Below the pieces are notes generated by a model. That model was not told the DNA's origin. It saw only the letters and a program-made list of their open reading frames with translations, and made no database searches. This document shows positions 16,527 through 25,988 of a stretch of 64,000 nucleotides of DNA, in pieces. The position numbers were made by a program, and so were the translations under genes. Within the stretch, counting starts at the first letter, position 1; the number at the start of each line of letters is the position of its first letter. Origin of the DNA: a virus; the IMG/VR virus record IMGVR_UViG_3300025889_000092, positions 1-64,000 of that record; one strand, written 5' to 3'.

Positions 16527-17402
16527 ATGACGGAAAAAATTTGGGTTGCCATAACGGCTCATAAGCCTATGTCACGGCTTAATAGTCTTATTGATGTGTT
16601 AAACGAATATTTGAAGTTTCCGTTCGATTTTGCTGTTAAGATTTACATTGACTACGACAGCCAAAATGATGTTGAGCTGCTCGAAAGTGTTCTTGAGCCG
16701 TACAAAAAGTTAAACGTTCAAGTAGTTGTAGCCGCGCCAAATTACGAAAATTGGTATCTAACTTGGGCGCATAAAACTGACTTAGCCCTAGAAATTCTCA
16801 ATAGACGCGCAGATTTTTATATTTATCAAGAAAACGATATGGTTCTCACTCTTGAGAACTTTTTGTATTGGCGTAAGTGGAAACCGGTTTTAGAGCGTCG
16901 AGGACTGGAACCAGGGTTTATTCGTTATGAAAACTTTGACTCCAAGCGCATCCCCTTCGACAACCATCACGTTTTTTCTTTAACAAAGGAAACCCCCAAC
17001 GTCTGGTACGACATCGGATTCACAGTCCCGAAGATTCTCGTCGTGGATTACGACGTTGATTTCTTTGTGCAAGTGTCGAACCCGTATTACGGGGCGATGA
17101 TTCTGAATCAAGCTGACGGGGAGAAATACATCCGCTCAGATAGCTTCGACCCAGAAAAGAGTTACGGCAAAGTCGGTATTCGTAACTGGCCTATCGCAGA
17201 CAGAAGCTCAATGGGTCTCGCGTTTGAAGACGTTCCTGCGGGATTAGAGCATCGACGTTGTGTTCCAGTAGTGAAAGAAAATGGTGCTTACGTTCCCCAC
17301 GATGCTGGGCTTATTCTTCATGACGACTCACGGTATGCTCCTGAATTAGCTCTAAAACCTGAAGGGGTCATAGACTGCAAAGAGATGTTTACGTTGGATT
17401 AA
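16527..17402 (+). CDS. glycosyltransferase-like protein
   Basis: GT-A-like N-terminus (IWVAITAH), FYIYQENDM (ExD-type), NPY.GAM. Confidence 0.5.
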   Translation: MTEKIWVAITAHKPMSRLNSLIDVLNEYLKFPFDFAVKIYIDYDSQNDVELLESVLEPYKKLNVQVVVAAPNYENWYLTWAHKTDLALEILNRRADFYIYQENDMVLTLENFLYWRKWKPVLERRGLEPGFIRYENFDSKRIPFDNHHVFSLTKETPNVWYDIGFTVPKILVVDYDVDFFVQVSNPYYGAMILNQADGEKYIRSDSFDPEKSYGKVGIRNWPIADRSSMGLAFEDVPAGLEHRRCVPVVKENGAYVPHDAGLILHDDSRYAPELALKPEGVIDCKEMFTLD

Positions 17403-17405
17403 AAA

Positions 17406-17555
17406 GTGAGACCCCGTGGGGCTGAATATGTTGAAGTGTGCTACTACCTAGATAACCGCCATATCTGCCAAATTGTCCGACGAGAAGATGCTTATAGACT
17501 GCGTAAATATGTTGAAGGTCGAAATGGAACAATCTACAGATTTGACCCAAGGTGA
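17406..17555 (+). CDS. hypothetical protein (49 aa, not in ORF track)
   Basis: GTG start 3 nt after the upstream stop; MRPRGAEYVEVCYYLD... Confidence 0.5.
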   Translation: MRPRGAEYVEVCYYLDNRHICQIVRREDAYRLRKYVEGRNGTIYRFDPR

Positions 17556-17760
17556 AAATCCTGTTAAGCCGAACTACTACAGACGAAATGGTCTGGAGTG
17601 TTATGACGTTCAGAAGGCGTCAATGGGCTTGGTGAAGTACCAGGGGTACCTAGAGGGCTGTGCCCAGAAATACCTATGGAGATGGGAGCAGAAAAACGGT
17701 AAACAAGATCTAGAAAAAGCTGTGGAATACTTGGCTAAACTTATAGAGACACTCGATTAA
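17524..17760 (+). CDS. DUF3310 (T7 gp1.7 / SaV-like) protein
   Basis: V.P.YY....LECYD......GYLEG.A.KYLWR...KNG.QDLEKA..YL. Confidence 0.85.
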   Translation: MEQSTDLTQGENPVKPNYYRRNGLECYDVQKASMGLVKYQGYLEGCAQKYLWRWEQKNGKQDLEKAVEYLAKLIETLD

Positions 17761-17762
17761 TT

Positions 17763-18047
17763 ATGGACATCAGAGCTTTTGGGTCTATTTACGGGCAGAC
17801 GGCTGCTCTCCCTTACGCAAGTGGTTTCGGCTGGGAACCCGCTACAGGTCGTGTTGATTTTCCCTCTTGTAGAGCAATCTTTATCGAAGCAAAATCTACT
17901 TCAGGTAAAGACACCTTATCGGTCGAGCTTTCCGATGCTCCGGGCCAAGTCTCCACGGCTATTAACCTAGAAGGTAATACTCTTGTTCCTATTTCCTGTA
18001 CTGCTCTCATTAGCGGCACCGTTCAGGGTGTTTTTGTCTTGTTCTAA
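17763..18047 (+). CDS. small beta-rich protein, possibly virion decoration
   Basis: 94 aa; RAIFI and G.TLVPI patterns. Confidence 0.65.
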   Translation: MDIRAFGSIYGQTAALPYASGFGWEPATGRVDFPSCRAIFIEAKSTSGKDTLSVELSDAPGQVSTAINLEGNTLVPISCTALISGTVQGVFVLF

Positions 18048-18271
18048 TGGCTGACATCGCTAAGAAAAAAGATCCCGAGAAGTGGGCTAGAGCGAAAGCT
18101 AAAGCCCGTAAAAAACTTGGGGGTCATAGTGCGCGAGCTATGCAGCTTGCGACTAAGTACTACAAGGAAATGGGAGGTAAATATGAAGGTAAAAAATCAA
18201 GTGATAACAGACTCTCTAAATGGTCTAAAGAAGATTGGCAAACTAGAGAGGAGTATGAAAAGGACAAATGA
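18047..18271 (+). CDS. basic protein, DUF5872-like N-terminal half
   Basis: SARAMQLA..YYK..GG.Y.G.K....LSKWSKEDW. Confidence 0.7.
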   Translation: MADIAKKKDPEKWARAKAKARKKLGGHSARAMQLATKYYKEMGGKYEGKKSSDNRLSKWSKEDWQTREEYEKDK

Positions 18272-18378
18272 ACGAGGATGATTTAGAAGAACTTAATGAG
18301 CGAGTCAAGGAGATGAAGATCTCGGTTCTCTTTGAAGAACCTTGCCCCCTTTACGAAGAAGACGAGTCGGATGGCTGA
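18268..18378 (+). CDS. small acidic protein (36 aa, not in ORF track)
   Basis: ATGA overlap; MNEDDLEELNERVKEMKISVLFEEPCPLYEEDESDG. Confidence 0.55.
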   Translation: MNEDDLEELNERVKEMKISVLFEEPCPLYEEDESDG

Positions 18379-18586
18379 TTTAGCACGCGAAAAAGGTAGG
18401 ACTGAGCGCTACCTACCCAAAGCAGCGTGGGCAGCACTCTCAAAAGAGGAGCGTCGCGCAACGGACGATAAGAAAAAAGAGGCTACACAAGGCGACAAAC
18501 CTGTAAATACCCGTGTGCCCAACACGGAGAAAGCAAAAGCAGCACGTCGACGTGCAAGCAAGTATCTTAGTAATAAGGAAAAATAA
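18371..18586 (+). CDS. basic protein, DUF5872-like C-terminal half
   Basis: ERYLPKAAWAALSKEERRATD.KK.......VPNT.KAK. Confidence 0.7.
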   Translation: MADLAREKGRTERYLPKAAWAALSKEERRATDDKKKEATQGDKPVNTRVPNTEKAKAARRRASKYLSNKEK

Positions 18587-18590
18587 CCCT

Positions 18591-18911
18591 ATGGATTATT
18601 TCGCTAGAAATTCAAATTATTTCACTAACGCTCTCAACGCACAGGAGCGAGCTGCTCGCGCACAGACGATGGCGCAGCAGTCTGATATGGCTTCGGATCA
18701 ATATAGTTCGCAGTTCGACCAACTGGCGTCTCAAGGTCCGGTCCCTCCTCAATACGGCTTTTACGGGGTGGAGGATGACGGCGAGAACCACACTGGAACC
18801 ATCCCTTTGGATATCAAAGAGGACCTGCTAAATCGAGCTAAAGCTAAAAAACGAGAAAGTAACGGCTCTTTAAGGCTGCTTGCCGGTGGCGGTATCTTCC
18901 AGGGGAGTTAG
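18591..18911 (+). CDS. hypothetical protein
   Basis: ATG 18591 (MDYFARN). Confidence 0.65.
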   Translation: MDYFARNSNYFTNALNAQERAARAQTMAQQSDMASDQYSSQFDQLASQGPVPPQYGFYGVEDDGENHTGTIPLDIKEDLLNRAKAKKRESNGSLRLLAGGGIFQGS

Positions 18912-18936
18912 TATGCTGTCAGCTTCATAGGCTGAC

Positions 18937-19782
18937 ATGCTTTTTGATTGTTTTATGTATTTCGACGAAGCGGAGCTTTTAGAGCTTCGAGTCGAGATGC
19001 TTAAGGATGTTGTAGACGGTTTCATAATCACTGACGCAGACAGGACGTTTAAGGGTGATAAGAAGTCGTTTTCCTGCGTGGAGACGATTAGAAAATTAGG
19101 TCTGCCTGAGGACCGAATTCAGGTTCTTCACTGTGAGCTGCCCACCCCGGAAACTCACCCAAATCCATGGGTTCGGGAATACGCCCAGCGTGACGCCCTT
19201 GGGGTTGGTATGCGTATGTGTCCTCCTGATTCAGTGTTTTTCTTTAGTGATGTAGATGAGATCCCTAAACCTTCGGCTCTGCTTGAAGCAATTGAGCTAG
19301 CCGAAGATAACCCGGATCGGTGCGTCCGCCTCTCGATGCCTATGTTTTACGGGCGAGGGGATCTCCGCGTGATGGATCCGAACGGCGATCCAAGTAAGCC
19401 CCCGACAAATTGGACGTGCGGAACGGTCGTTTTATTCGAGCACCTCGTCGAAACACCGTCCCAGATTCGCATGAAGGACAATGGTCTCGTTCACGGAGAC
19501 TGTGATGCCGGGTGGCACTTTTCCTGGATGGGTGATGCTGCTCGAATGAAGCGCAAGCTGACTTCCTTCTCCCATTGTTACGACGTTATTCCTAACGCAC
19601 ACGCTCCCGCTGATAGCCAGGAAATGCTTGATTTCCTGGATTCTTATAAGGCGTCCGCTGGGGGTACTGATCCTTTAGGTCGTTGTGACCACATTTTGAC
19701 CGCGTACCCTCATGACCTATTACCCGAAGAGGTGTTTAAACTAGAGAGAGTAAAGAAGTACCTCCTTCCTAACCATGTCTGA
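18937..19782 (+). CDS. GT17-like beta-1,4-N-acetylglucosaminyltransferase
   Basis: DCF.YFDE.ELLELR, TF.G..K, W.RE..QR, SDVDEIP, AGWHFSW.G, K..SFSH. Confidence 0.88.
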   Translation: MLFDCFMYFDEAELLELRVEMLKDVVDGFIITDADRTFKGDKKSFSCVETIRKLGLPEDRIQVLHCELPTPETHPNPWVREYAQRDALGVGMRMCPPDSVFFFSDVDEIPKPSALLEAIELAEDNPDRCVRLSMPMFYGRGDLRVMDPNGDPSKPPTNWTCGTVVLFEHLVETPSQIRMKDNGLVHGDCDAGWHFSWMGDAARMKRKLTSFSHCYDVIPNAHAPADSQEMLDFLDSYKASAGGTDPLGRCDHILTAYPHDLLPEEVFKLERVKKYLLPNHV

Positions 19783-19930
19783 CAAAATGCCTGAGGCTCT
19801 TCGTAAGCATTTTGAAAAGAAGGGTGAGAGCGGAGAGGAGGGAGGTAAAATGAAGAAACGGGGTGAAGCTCTCCGCAAAGCTAAGAAGGCAAAGTCCAAG
19901 CGTGAAGCTGAAAAAGAAGCTAAGCGCTGA
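19775..19930 (+). CDS. small basic protein (51 aa, not in ORF track)
   Basis: MSDKMPEALRKHFEKK... Confidence 0.6.
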   Translation: MSDKMPEALRKHFEKKGESGEEGGKMKKRGEALRKAKKAKSKREAEKEAKR

Positions 19931-19955
19931 TTCTTTTTAATAAATTGGGGTACTA

Positions 19956-22202
19956 ATGGCGGACACACTCGGCGTTAAGCAACGCTTCAATGAAATCGTA
20001 GAGGCCGCCCGGAACCAGACCAAAGGGAAACAGGCGGCCACGATGGTCGTTTTGAGTCATCTTCAGCAAATGACGCTGTTGATGATCAAGAAAGGACTGT
20101 TTTTTTACTGTGAGCAGGATACTTTCCGTTCCCGAGCCAAGTTTATAAACAGTCTTTTAGAACTAAATAAAATCGACATCCGATTTCCGTCGATTATTAG
20201 GAACTTTTTAGTTGACGGATGCGGTCTTTTTTACTTCCGCCCCGACCCCAAGCTTAAATATCAGATTTATTTCTTCCCGAAGGATCAATACCGTGTTTTT
20301 CATGACGTAAATGGGAATATAAATGAAGTCGTAATCATTTACAGCTACAACGTACGTAACTCGACGCTAGGCCTGCCGTCCGATTCGTACGGTTTAAACA
20401 AAAGATACGTTCGAATCTCTATTACTGAAGACACAATCTCTGAATATGAGGCGAATACAGAGCTCAGCTTCGAGTTAGAGCCCGGAGCGATCATTTCTCC
20501 GAAGAGTGCTAAGCCAAACACGCTTGGTTTTATACCTGCAGTTGAGGTTTTAAATAAACCCAATGCCAGTGGCACCGAAGGGGAGGGTGAATTCGACCCC
20601 TTCATGGAGCAAATTGTGCTTCATGACGAAATGATGCGTAATATCGCCAAAAATATTGAATTTTTTGGCAATCCGACGCTTATCAGCTCTCGTCCCCGGT
20701 CTGATCTGGTCGAAGCAGCAGATGCTGATCGGACTTTCCGCCCCACGATCAGCAGTCAAAGCGGTTTTGGCGGTCGAGACACTCCTTCAACCCGTGTTTC
20801 GGAGCCTTTTGGCGCAAATTCGTCTCTTGGCGGTCTCCGAGTCCCTCGTGTAATCGCAAACGTCGAACCGAGCGACCGTGTGGGCTACATGTCTCCCGAC
20901 CCGATCAACGGGGACATGAATCGTTACGCATTGTTACTGCGTGAGGAGATTCGGACTGCTTTAGGCGGTGTTGATGAACTTTCTGTCTCGGCAGGTGCCA
21001 CCGCGACGGAAATTAAGAGCTTGATGGGTCGCGCACAAGCGACTGCACTCCGTAAGAACAAGAGTTTCCTCACTTACGGCTTCTGTAAGTTGCTCGAGAT
21101 GATTATTTATCATCAAGAGCAGGTCTTCCGAGAGAGTTTTGTTGCCGTCACTGGTTTAAAAGCTCCTAAATCACCTGAAGAGAAGACACTCGAAACTGAG
21201 AAAGAGTATTCGCAAGCTCTTAACAAGTTCGAGTCGACTGTCGATCTCGCCATTCAAGATGCACTGAACAGCAACCAGCTGCCACCGGGTGTCTTTGGCC
21301 TTCCGCCTGACGGAGCTCGCGAAGTTTCTTATCGCTTCCAGGGTGATGTTTATGAGGATACGGCGTATGACATTAACCAGAAATCTATCGTCGTTCGTAA
21401 CCTGCAAGAGCTAGGCGTGGACAGCGTTGAGGCTCTTAAATATCTTTTCCCTGATAAGACAGACGCAGAACGTTCTGAGATGTTGAAGGGGTTCCCTTTC
21501 CGAATGGTTCAACAAACACAGAGCGCATTCTCACAATTTTTAGTATTATTAACTCAGATGTTGCAAACGCCACATCCTTTATCACCGGATCAGCCTCTCG
21601 GGGCAGACCCGCGTCTAAACCTAACGCCCCTGTTATACAGGACGTTTGACCACCTTGCGCAAGAACTGACTTACTCGGGCAGCTATGAGCCAGCAGATCC
21701 CAGCTTCGACCCCGAGCCCGGTCTCCCCGGCGGTAGCGGCCCCTCAGGCGGCGCCCTCGGACCAGGGCTCAACCGCCTACCCGCAGTGGGTGGCCTCTAC
21801 CCAGGGGGTGCCTTCGGCAACTACAGCCCAAGCGCCGTCGCCGGTAACACCCCCTTCGGCCCCTTCTACCAGCAGCCAGTCCAACCAGTATCCGTCAACG
21901 TCCTCCCCGTCGAACCCGTGGGAAGCGGCGATGAGCAGCTTGGAGCGGGTGGTCTCCCGTATCTCTCCGTCCCCCAGCCAGGCAGCACAGTATCCGCAGT
22001 ACCAAACGGCGGCGCTGGATACTCAACAGCTCAGTCAGAATTTACAGGCCCAGCCTTGGCAAACCCAGGCCGCCTCGGATCCGCTGACCTTATCCAACAA
22101 CGGATATACAACCCAGACTTCTTATCCGACTTCTACGGCGCAACAACCGCAAGCCCAAAACCAAACTCCGGTTCTAAGCGAGGCAAGCGCAGCCGTAGTT
22201 AA
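19956..22202 (+). CDS. portal protein with low-complexity C-terminal extension
   Basis: Size and position between TerL and MCP; LGFIPAVE, GEGEF, SAGATATEI motifs. Confidence 0.75.
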   Translation: MADTLGVKQRFNEIVEAARNQTKGKQAATMVVLSHLQQMTLLMIKKGLFFYCEQDTFRSRAKFINSLLELNKIDIRFPSIIRNFLVDGCGLFYFRPDPKLKYQIYFFPKDQYRVFHDVNGNINEVVIIYSYNVRNSTLGLPSDSYGLNKRYVRISITEDTISEYEANTELSFELEPGAIISPKSAKPNTLGFIPAVEVLNKPNASGTEGEGEFDPFMEQIVLHDEMMRNIAKNIEFFGNPTLISSRPRSDLVEAADADRTFRPTISSQSGFGGRDTPSTRVSEPFGANSSLGGLRVPRVIANVEPSDRVGYMSPDPINGDMNRYALLLREEIRTALGGVDELSVSAGATATEIKSLMGRAQATALRKNKSFLTYGFCKLLEMIIYHQEQVFRESFVAVTGLKAPKSPEEKTLETEKEYSQALNKFESTVDLAIQDALNSNQLPPGVFGLPPDGAREVSYRFQGDVYEDTAYDINQKSIVVRNLQELGVDSVEALKYLFPDKTDAERSEMLKGFPFRMVQQTQSAFSQFLVLLTQMLQTPHPLSPDQPLGADPRLNLTPLLYRTFDHLAQELTYSGSYEPADPSFDPEPGLPGGSGPSGGALGPGLNRLPAVGGLYPGGAFGNYSPSAVAGNTPFGPFYQQPVQPVSVNVLPVEPVGSGDEQLGAGGLPYLSVPQPGSTVSAVPNGGAGYSTAQSEFTGPALANPGRLGSADLIQQRIYNPDFLSDFYGATTASPKPNSGSKRGKRSRS

Positions 22203-22617
22203 CCACTTCGGTATCGAAGCTCCTGCGGTTCTCAATCAGTACGCCACCACGCTGGAAGATGCTCTGATCCAGCAGGATCAAGCTCTGAACGCAATCGGTG
22301 CCCGTTCTCAGGCCATGGAAACGATCCTTACGGATCCCGATCACCTGGCTGATTACACCAACCGCTTCTTCACCGAAGTCTACCCCGTGGACATCGAAGC
22401 TCCTTCCCAGCCTCCCACGCAGTATCAGCCTCAGTACGATCAGATGCCTGCTGTCCCCGCAGCTTCTAGCTCTGCTTCTCGTCCCGCTGATCCTGACACC
22501 CAGTGGCAAGGCTTCAGCCAGACCATGAATCAGTCTCCTGATCAGGCTTGGCGTTATCTGTCTCAGATGTCTCCTGAAGCAATCCGTAGCAAGCTTCTCT
22601 TTATGGATGCTGGCTGA
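21685..22617 (+). CDS. capsid scaffolding protein, overlapping the portal gene
   Basis: P/S/Q-rich N-terminus, helical core, conserved-looking C-terminus (PDQAWRYLSQMSPEAIRSKLLF); followed by a terminator. Confidence 0.7.
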   Translation: MSQQIPASTPSPVSPAVAAPQAAPSDQGSTAYPQWVASTQGVPSATTAQAPSPVTPPSAPSTSSQSNQYPSTSSPSNPWEAAMSSLERVVSRISPSPSQAAQYPQYQTAALDTQQLSQNLQAQPWQTQAASDPLTLSNNGYTTQTSYPTSTAQQPQAQNQTPVLSEASAAVVNHFGIEAPAVLNQYATTLEDALIQQDQALNAIGARSQAMETILTDPDHLADYTNRFFTEVYPVDIEAPSQPPTQYQPQYDQMPAVPAASSSASRPADPDTQWQGFSQTMNQSPDQAWRYLSQMSPEAIRSKLLFMDAG

Positions 22618-22645
22618 TCTGCCGAGACTACCATTGTGCAAGTTG

Positions 22646-22669
22646 AACCCTCCTTCGGGAGGGTTTTTT
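22646..22669 (+). terminator. rho-independent terminator
   Basis: AACCCTCC-TTCG-GGAGGGTT-TTTT. Confidence 0.9.
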
Positions 22670-22700
22670 ATTTAAACTAAAAACTAAAGAGACTCTTGCT

Positions 22701-22871
22701 ATGCCTTTTAGCAGCGAAGCTCAGCGTCGTAAGTTTTACGCGATGGCAGAGCGCGGTGAAATCTCTGAGGATAAAGTTCGTGAGTACGAAAAAGAAACTC
22801 ACGGTAATCTTCCTGAGAGGGTGAAAGCGAAAAAGAAGGCTAAGAAGTACACTGAATCTAAGAGCTCTTAA
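22701..22871 (+). CDS. small phage protein (56 aa, not in ORF track)
   Basis: MPFSSEAQRRKFYAM...LPERVK, a widespread phage motif. Confidence 0.75.
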   Translation: MPFSSEAQRRKFYAMAERGEISEDKVREYEKETHGNLPERVKAKKKAKKYTESKSS

Positions 22872-22875
22872 TTCA

Positions 22876-23052
22876 ATGCCTAATCCAATTGGTCGTAAGC
22901 GTATTCCCTCTGCTTCTTCAGAGGTGGATACCCTGAAAAAGGAGCTGGAAGCACTCAAAGCTATGTACGTTCAAGACATGGCCAACATCAGTGCTGACAT
23001 TCAAACCCTGGGTAACCAATCGCAGCCTGCTGATTCCCAACCAGCAAGCTGA
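22876..23052 (+). CDS. small coiled-coil protein (58 aa, not in ORF track)
   Basis: MPNPIGRKR...EVDTLKKELEALKAMY. Confidence 0.65.
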   Translation: MPNPIGRKRIPSASSEVDTLKKELEALKAMYVQDMANISADIQTLGNQSQPADSQPAS

Positions 23053-23094
23053 GAATTTTTAAAAACTTATAATGGGTATAGCTGATCCACAAAT

Positions 23095-23844
23095 GTGGTC
23101 TATACCCCTCTTTCTAATTACAGATACGATTCGGGACCACATCGGATACAGAGCGGTCCTAATAGGGAAGCGTATCAAGTTGTAAGCTCTGGAATTGTAG
23201 ATCTCGGGGCGGATTACGGTGTAGTTGTTCCTGGCCCCCCTAATAGTGGTATATACAGCACCGACGCGTGGCGGGCAGTACCAGCCGCTGTTTCTGGTTA
23301 TTGGACTGATTACCAACACGTTGACTATCAACCAAGCGGTACTTTTTTAAGTGCTTACGAAGGTTATAGACCTCTTGGGTTCAGCACGATAGCCAATGCA
23401 AAAGTTCAGACTTCTTACGGACCCGAGTGGGGTGTAAGAGGCACGGGCAAGTACACGTATTTTGGTGGAACTGCGCCGGACAACCAGGCTTACAACCCAT
23501 ATAACACTCCGGAAGGAAATACAGCCGCTCAAGGGCACACGGGAGGTCAGTCTCTACAGCAGCGTTATGCCACGACGCTTTTAACAAATCCAACGAACGA
23601 CACTTCCGGAAGCAGAGCCTCGTGGGTTTACCATCCTCCTGTTTACTGTCAAACATTTACGGAGGTTTCAAGAAGTGAAACTCCTGGTCTGATGTCTACT
23701 GATTTGAGGTACGTGTATAGAGGTAGAGCAGGTAATTACGTCTCTAACTTTGCTTCTATCTACCATCAACTTCCGGAGGGTGTTCGTTCAATTGTGCGTA
23801 CCTACAGTCCTACAGTTAACTCAAGTAATCAAAAAACTAATTAA
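23095..23844 (+). CDS. putative virion structural protein
   Basis: Tyr/Gly/Ser-rich; immediately upstream of MCP. Confidence 0.65.
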   Translation: MVYTPLSNYRYDSGPHRIQSGPNREAYQVVSSGIVDLGADYGVVVPGPPNSGIYSTDAWRAVPAAVSGYWTDYQHVDYQPSGTFLSAYEGYRPLGFSTIANAKVQTSYGPEWGVRGTGKYTYFGGTAPDNQAYNPYNTPEGNTAAQGHTGGQSLQQRYATTLLTNPTNDTSGSRASWVYHPPVYCQTFTEVSRSETPGLMSTDLRYVYRGRAGNYVSNFASIYHQLPEGVRSIVRTYSPTVNSSNQKTN

Positions 23845-23924
23845 CGCTAAAAACGCGACAGTCACTGTGTTGTCAGGCTTTCAAGTAGTTATATTTAGTA
23901 AGTAGTTCTTCGGGAGTTGACGCT

Positions 23925-25040
23925 TTGTTCGTCGACAATGATTTTCCGAAGCTGCTCGGTGCGGAATTATACCGTCCCCATCCTGCGTACGTCGTAGAGA
24001 TGGCCGCTGAGCCGGTCGTTGTTCACGATTTCTCGAAACAACCCGGTCAGACCGTTCAGCTCGATCGTTACCGTTTCTGGGGCAATCCCGGCTCGAAAGA
24101 GTCTCGGGAGCGCACCGCTGAGCAGACCATTGGTACTGCTAATAGCCGGAACATCGTCAAGGACAAAGTGCTCGTGACTCTTCGCGAGTACACCGGTCCT
24201 GCCGATCCGAGTGACCCCACTCAGCCCAGCACCTTCAAGATTGCTCGCGAGACACTGATCACCGCGCAGCGTCTTCTGCTGGACACCGGCAACCTGACTG
24301 CTTTCCACCAGTCCATCGGTTCTCTGACCCTGCTCGACGACTATCGTCGTTGGCGCGATCGGGTGTTCATCAACGAACTCCTGAAAGCTGTCTCTAAAGG
24401 TCAAGCCTCCGATAGCCAAGGTGGTTACTACTACCCCGGCGATCTCGCCGTCGGTAGTCTGACCTACGCGAACGCTGAACAAGCTAAGTTCGACGTTAAG
24501 GACGACCTGCTGCGCGTGGTCAAGAGCCTGCGCAAGCGTAACGTTCCTACCTACCAGGACGGTTTCTATCGCTGCGTTTGCGATCCGACCTTCCTGATGC
24601 ACCTGCGTCAGAACAGCGACTTCCGTGAAGTTGCTCGTTATCCCGGCAACGGTCAGATCAACCCCCTCATGTCCGCGATGCAGCCCAACGCTGCCATCTA
24701 CATGGGTCAGGGCTTTGGTCAAGCCACCTTCGTGGCTGGCGAGCCGATCATGCCGACCGGTTTCGTGTTCGAGGGCGTTCGCTTCTTCGAATCCACGAAC
24801 ATGCCTTCTCAAAATGCGTCCGCGACCATCGGTGGTTCCGCGTCTTCTTACGAGACCGCCATCGGTATGTTCTTCGGACCCCAGTCTGTTGGTGTGGGTA
24901 TTGGCGGTAACAACGCCCAAGTCCTGCTCAACAACAATGACGACTTCAGCCGTTTCATCATGATGATTTGGAGCCTGTACGCAGGTTTCGAACTCCTGAA
25001 TGCTGATTTCGCCACCATCGCTTACTCCTTTAACGCCTGA
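23925..25040 (+). CDS. major capsid protein
   Basis: 371 aa, TTG start after GGGAG SD, strongest codon bias in the window; HDFSKQPGQTV and FEGVRFFES..FFG.Q..G motifs typical of HK97-fold MCPs. Confidence 0.88.
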   Translation: MFVDNDFPKLLGAELYRPHPAYVVEMAAEPVVVHDFSKQPGQTVQLDRYRFWGNPGSKESRERTAEQTIGTANSRNIVKDKVLVTLREYTGPADPSDPTQPSTFKIARETLITAQRLLLDTGNLTAFHQSIGSLTLLDDYRRWRDRVFINELLKAVSKGQASDSQGGYYYPGDLAVGSLTYANAEQAKFDVKDDLLRVVKSLRKRNVPTYQDGFYRCVCDPTFLMHLRQNSDFREVARYPGNGQINPLMSAMQPNAAIYMGQGFGQATFVAGEPIMPTGFVFEGVRFFESTNMPSQNASATIGGSASSYETAIGMFFGPQSVGVGIGGNNAQVLLNNNDDFSRFIMMIWSLYAGFELLNADFATIAYSFNA

Positions 25041-25054
25041 GGAGGTAACTAACG

Positions 25055-25927
25055 ATGGCTATTAATCCTAACCAGCTCTCAGTTGCCAAGATCTATCCTG
25101 GTAACTACACGAATGTTCTTCGTTACTGGCACGAAGAAAAGTCCGTTACTTATCTGAATGAGAACGGCACCAGCGAGACTCTCGCCAACCAACCTGTTGG
25201 CGGTCCCGTTGGCGTGGTCTTCCGTCCCGGTTGGATCGCTCAACAAGCCGTTGGCTACGTTGACCTGTCCTACCAGGCCGCTGGCACCACCAACCAGCTC
25301 GACTACTACGCTCAAGCGTATTCGTCTGGTCTGAATGGCGCTAACGCCGCTTTCGTTAACGGCAGCGTCATTATTCCTTCTCCCGACTACCACAAGGATG
25401 TTCGGGCAGACATCACCAACGGTATCACTGTGCCTTCCGGCGCTTATGTGTACCGCGCTTCTATCCGTCTGGACGGTGGCGATGTGGTGTCGAGCGGTGT
25501 GGGCGGCGCTTCCGCAACTCCCACCCTGGGTCTTGGCCCCGCCCTGGGCGTTGGTCTGACCTCTGCTCCTACCCCCAGTGGCTTCTTCGCCACCGTGGTT
25601 GGTTCGAACAGCCGCATTGAGAACGGTTCGTTCAGCTCCAGCAACGCCTGGAACTCTGCGAACATGCACGCCGTTAAGGCAGACACCACTTACAAACTGT
25701 GGACTGTCGGCAACCTCGGCGGTGTTGCTGCTTCCGGTCTGGCTCAAGCCTCCGGTGTGTACGACGCTCGTGCCACCAACGGCAAGCTCAACGGCAAGGA
25801 CAAAGCCCTCGCTATCTGCGAAGTGTGCTGGTTGGTTCCCGATCAGCCCCCCGAGCGTAGCGACCTGGCTCTGCAGCCCGGCGGTGTGGTTGAGTCCAGC
25901 ATCTACACCAGCACTGTCCCTCAGTGA
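25055..25927 (+). CDS. capsid decoration/minor capsid protein
   Basis: Strong SD GGAGGT, same codon bias as MCP, followed by a terminator. Confidence 0.7.
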   Translation: MAINPNQLSVAKIYPGNYTNVLRYWHEEKSVTYLNENGTSETLANQPVGGPVGVVFRPGWIAQQAVGYVDLSYQAAGTTNQLDYYAQAYSSGLNGANAAFVNGSVIIPSPDYHKDVRADITNGITVPSGAYVYRASIRLDGGDVVSSGVGGASATPTLGLGPALGVGLTSAPTPSGFFATVVGSNSRIENGSFSSSNAWNSANMHAVKADTTYKLWTVGNLGGVAASGLAQASGVYDARATNGKLNGKDKALAICEVCWLVPDQPPERSDLALQPGGVVESSIYTSTVPQ

Positions 25928-25953
25928 TACACTGACACAGCGAAACCACGGCG

Positions 25954-25979
25954 ACCCCCTCTTCGGAGGGGGTTTTTTC
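25954..25979 (+). terminator. rho-independent terminator
   Basis: ACCCCCTC-TTCG-GAGGGGGT-TTTTT. Confidence 0.9.
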
Positions 25980-25988
25980 TTGGAAGAA

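Noticed and set aside
6316-17760. DNA hypermodification pathway (dCMP deaminase, DUF3310, GTs)
   Set aside because: No dNMP hydroxymethylase, TET/JBP, PurZ or queuosine-type genes recognised, and ThyX is canonical; the GT families resemble protein or surface glycan enzymes. Not excluded for genes outside the window.
23967-25747. Long antisense ORFs opposite MCP and decoration genes (317 aa, 222 aa) and similar ones at 15422, 22174 and 28494
   Set aside because: Expected shadows of strongly biased sense-strand codon usage; no starts, motifs or plausible composition.
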